The position numbers were made by a program, and so were the translations under genes. The notes beneath the pieces were generated by a model. The model searched no databases and was not told where the DNA came from. It worked only from the letters and a program-made list of their open reading frames with translations. A stretch of 62,952 bases of DNA, the filler included, from Chrysochromulina tobinii (lineage: Eukaryota), in assembly GCA_001275005.1 (NCBI GenBank). It is 4 parts of 4 records of this genome, joined end to end, with 100 filler letters (N's around TTAATTAATTAA, not from the genome) between each part and the next. Parts side by side here need not be neighbours in the genome. Positions count along the whole stretch, not along the records: positions 50,022 to 62,952 come from JWZX01001368.1; 3 more parts are not named here. One strand, given 5' to 3'. This document shows, piece by piece, positions 60,573 through 62,952 of this stretch. Position 1 is the first letter of the stretch. Every line of letters starts with the position of its first letter.

Positions 60573-62431
60573 GCTGGCCGCGGCGTTCGGCCCGGACGCT
60601 GTGTCGTTCTACGGGGGTGCGAGCTCCTACGTGAATGGCTTGCCGATGGGCTGGCATGAGGAGGCGGACGTGTCGGGCACCTTCTCCGAGATGTTCGCCT
60701 GGGCGCGGATCGTGTATGATCAAGGGGCATGCGCCCTGCCGGGCGTGAGTATCTGCATGAAGCCTTTCGTGGCTCACATGTGGGAGGCCGTCCGACTGGG
60801 CTTCGTGCGGGGGCAGCACGCCGAGTTCGTGCAGCAGGGGCTGCGATGGGGCTTCGAGATTGGTCTCCATCCTGATCGGGTTCAAGGCCATCGGTTTTTC
60901 AAGAACTATGAGAGCAGCGTTTCTGACGCTGCGCGTCCGCGTGAGGCGCTCCGCCCTCGATCTGCCCTTGACCGCCGACTTCTGAAACGCCTGATTGTCC
61001 ATGTTGTAGCGGACGATCTTGCCCTTCCAAGTCGGCCCCTGCGACTCCACGCTGCAAATCATCGTGTCGCCCTCGAGGAAATCGATTGGCTTTCTAGAGG
61101 CCGCTGTGCCATATCGCCAGAAGTCGAATGGCCCCCAGCTCGAGCACCATCCGCCGCCTGAGTAACGCGAAGATCTAGAAGCGTCCGAATACACCGTCGG
61201 GCCCTCTTGGAACCGATCTGTCGTGTAATAGCCCTTGCCCAGGTTGGAGTTGAGAACGTCATGAAAGAAGCGGTAATCTTCCCGCTCCTTCCGAGTTGTC
61301 CGTCGCTTCTGCCAAGCCAGGGAGAGGCCGACCATGAGCAGGAAGACATTGGCTAGCAAGCAACTCGCGCCCGGCGGCATAGTCTTCACGGCGCGCTCCA
61401 TGTAGCCTGCGACGCGCTGCCTCTTGTTCAAGGTGAGGGACGTGCGCGTCGAGAAGGAGAGAAGCACGTCGAGGTACTGGGACAACTTGCGCTCCTCCAG
61501 TGCACGAGTGCCCTCGAACGAGTCCCACCAGAAGCCGATGAAGAGCTGAAGCTGCGACGCCACCTTGTCCTTGAGGCGTTTAAACGCCGCCAACGTGGAG
61601 TCGACGACCGCGCCAAAATGTAAAGTCTTGCCGATCGCCACGCGCGCCTCGGTGGCCGCCGTGACCACCTGTTGCTCAAGCGCCTCTTCGTGCTGCAGAT
61701 CTTGCACAACTGCCTCTTGAGGTGCAGGCGCACCAGCCCACCGCCCCTTCCGGGAGCGGGGGATCGTTCCTCGCCCCGCGGGCCGCGAGCCATCGCCACC
61801 ACACCTGGATCGAGCGTGCCGAATGCTCTTGTTTTACTTGAACGCACTCGTCAGCCGAGAACTCGAGTTGCTGATCGTCTTGGAGGATCGAGCGATCCGC
61901 CGCGCTCAACCCAAGTAGCATGCCTGTCACGAAGCACGCCGCGAAATACGAGAGGCCGAGGCCGAGCGCAAGTACCCTGACGAAGAGGCGCTCCCCTTCG
62001 GCCTCTGGAAAGAAGTAGGCCCACTCAAGGCGGCCATAGGCGCACCTTTTTGCGGGAGCCCATCGGCCGATGAAAGCTCCAAATGCCTCCGAAGAAGATC
62101 CCGACAGACTCCGCGCGTGTTCTTGGGCCCGGCGCGCCAGCCAGCCCCGAATCGCCGCTTGCATGCAGACGACGTAAGGGAGGATACGGGACAGCCACCG
62201 CCGATCGACCGGAGCTTTAGCCCGCGCGGCGATCATCGCCATGTCCGCCTCATTGAAAGGTGCCGACATGTCGAGGTTGCGGACGCGACCGGCACCCGGC
62301 ATGGCCTGAAGAGAGGCGGGGGCGAACACGAAGGTGCGCCGAGCGACGGCCTCGGGGAAGCGCTCGATGCCGCCCTCTCGCGAGAGGAGGTCGGCCATCT
62401 CGTTGTCCTCCGACGACACCCACGAAAAGAG
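60573..62431. pseudogene. pol (RT remnant / RNase H) broken by two inversions and an RT-core deletion
   Basis: + strand 60573-60941, - strand 61666-60942, + strand 61667-61719, - strand 62431-61720 reassemble into a continuous pol-like reading. Confidence 0.75.
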
Positions 62432-62459
62432 TCTGCCCGCTACCGGTCTATCCGGGCGA

Positions 62460-62610
62460 AGGTTGAAGCGCGAGTAGCGAGAGGCATTGCCCGGCTTCCA
62501 CCCTCCGTGAGCTTCCGCCAGGTCCGGGTCCACCGCCGCTCCCAAGTTCCAGCCTTCGACCCGCAGGCCATGGAGGCCGTAGTCGATGTCGTCGGGTGAG
62601 ACGCGGCGTA
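62460..62610 (-). pseudogene. Tyrosine recombinase C-terminal fragment
   Basis: VSPDDIDYGLHGLRVEGWNLGAAVDPDLAEAHGGWKPGNASRYSRFNL contains HxLR, the H/W position and the Tyr nucleophile. Confidence 0.75.
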
Positions 62611-62952
62611 GCAGTTTCTTGTGATGGGCTTCTACCCTGGGCCGAGGGCGGAGACGTCCCCCTTCTTCCTGTCGGTGGATAAGACGCGGCCCTTGACGTA
62701 CGCGGGCGCGATGTCAGACTCGCGCCCGCGTACTTCAAGGGCAGCGTCTAATCCACCGACAGGAAGAAGGGACTTTCCTGCCGACAGAGTCCGAACGAAG
62801 CGTCTCATTGGCGGCTCGCTCGGCGATGACGTTCGCCCTGACAGGGGGAGAGACGGGGGAGGCACGGCTTTTGGAGGCACGGCTTTTGGATCTTTTATTT
62901 TGCCGCGTCACCCGCCGCCCTCATCGAATTCATCACTGCCGCATGGCACGTA

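Larger units (their letters stand above)
59019..62890. mobile_element. Rearranged, defective DIRS/Ngaro-like tyrosine-recombinase retrotransposon
   Basis: Gag-like ORF with a Cys/His finger; pol N-terminus (VQQGLRWGFEIG...FKNY); DIRS-type RNase H motifs (YSDAS, IDFLE, MDNQA, WVSSEDNEMADLLSR); YR catalytic tail (HGLR...HGGW...RY). Pieces are split between strands and no RT YxDD core is seen. Confidence 0.82.

Overview
GC-rich eukaryotic algal DNA. It is most likely a haptophyte; this is inferred from a nuclear chlD with a bipartite plastid-targeting-like leader, GTGCG-type splice donors and the expanded LRR families. Four contigs are joined by three artificial 100-nt N-TTAATTAATTAA-N spacers, so synteny across 16039-16138, 20866-20965 and 49922-50021 is not established. 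Recognisable housekeeping genes are msrA (one intron) and chlD. Main points of interest: (1) a 100-aa ORF split by the ORF track, with an in-frame Cys-TGA and a well-formed type II SECIS-like hairpin in its 3' UTR, i.e. a candidate new selenoprotein; (2) an ~8,850-aa single-ORF protein joining a DUF3638/DUF3645 SF2-helicase-like ATPase, a degenerate phosphagen kinase, 3 SPRY, LRR and ankyrin repeats to a C-terminal polycystin/TRPP channel; (3) a Skp1 + F-box + BspA-LRR fusion whose linker is shared with a second gene carrying a different LRR class; (4) a DIRS/Ngaro-type tyrosine-recombinase retroelement broken by serial in-place inversions. Also present: an IPT/TIG + GCC2/GCC3 multi-pass membrane protein, several ubiquitin-system modules (UBA-like, Ubl, SUMO-like) and two bidirectional short-motif arrays. 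All domain calls are by eye from motifs; no database searches were run.
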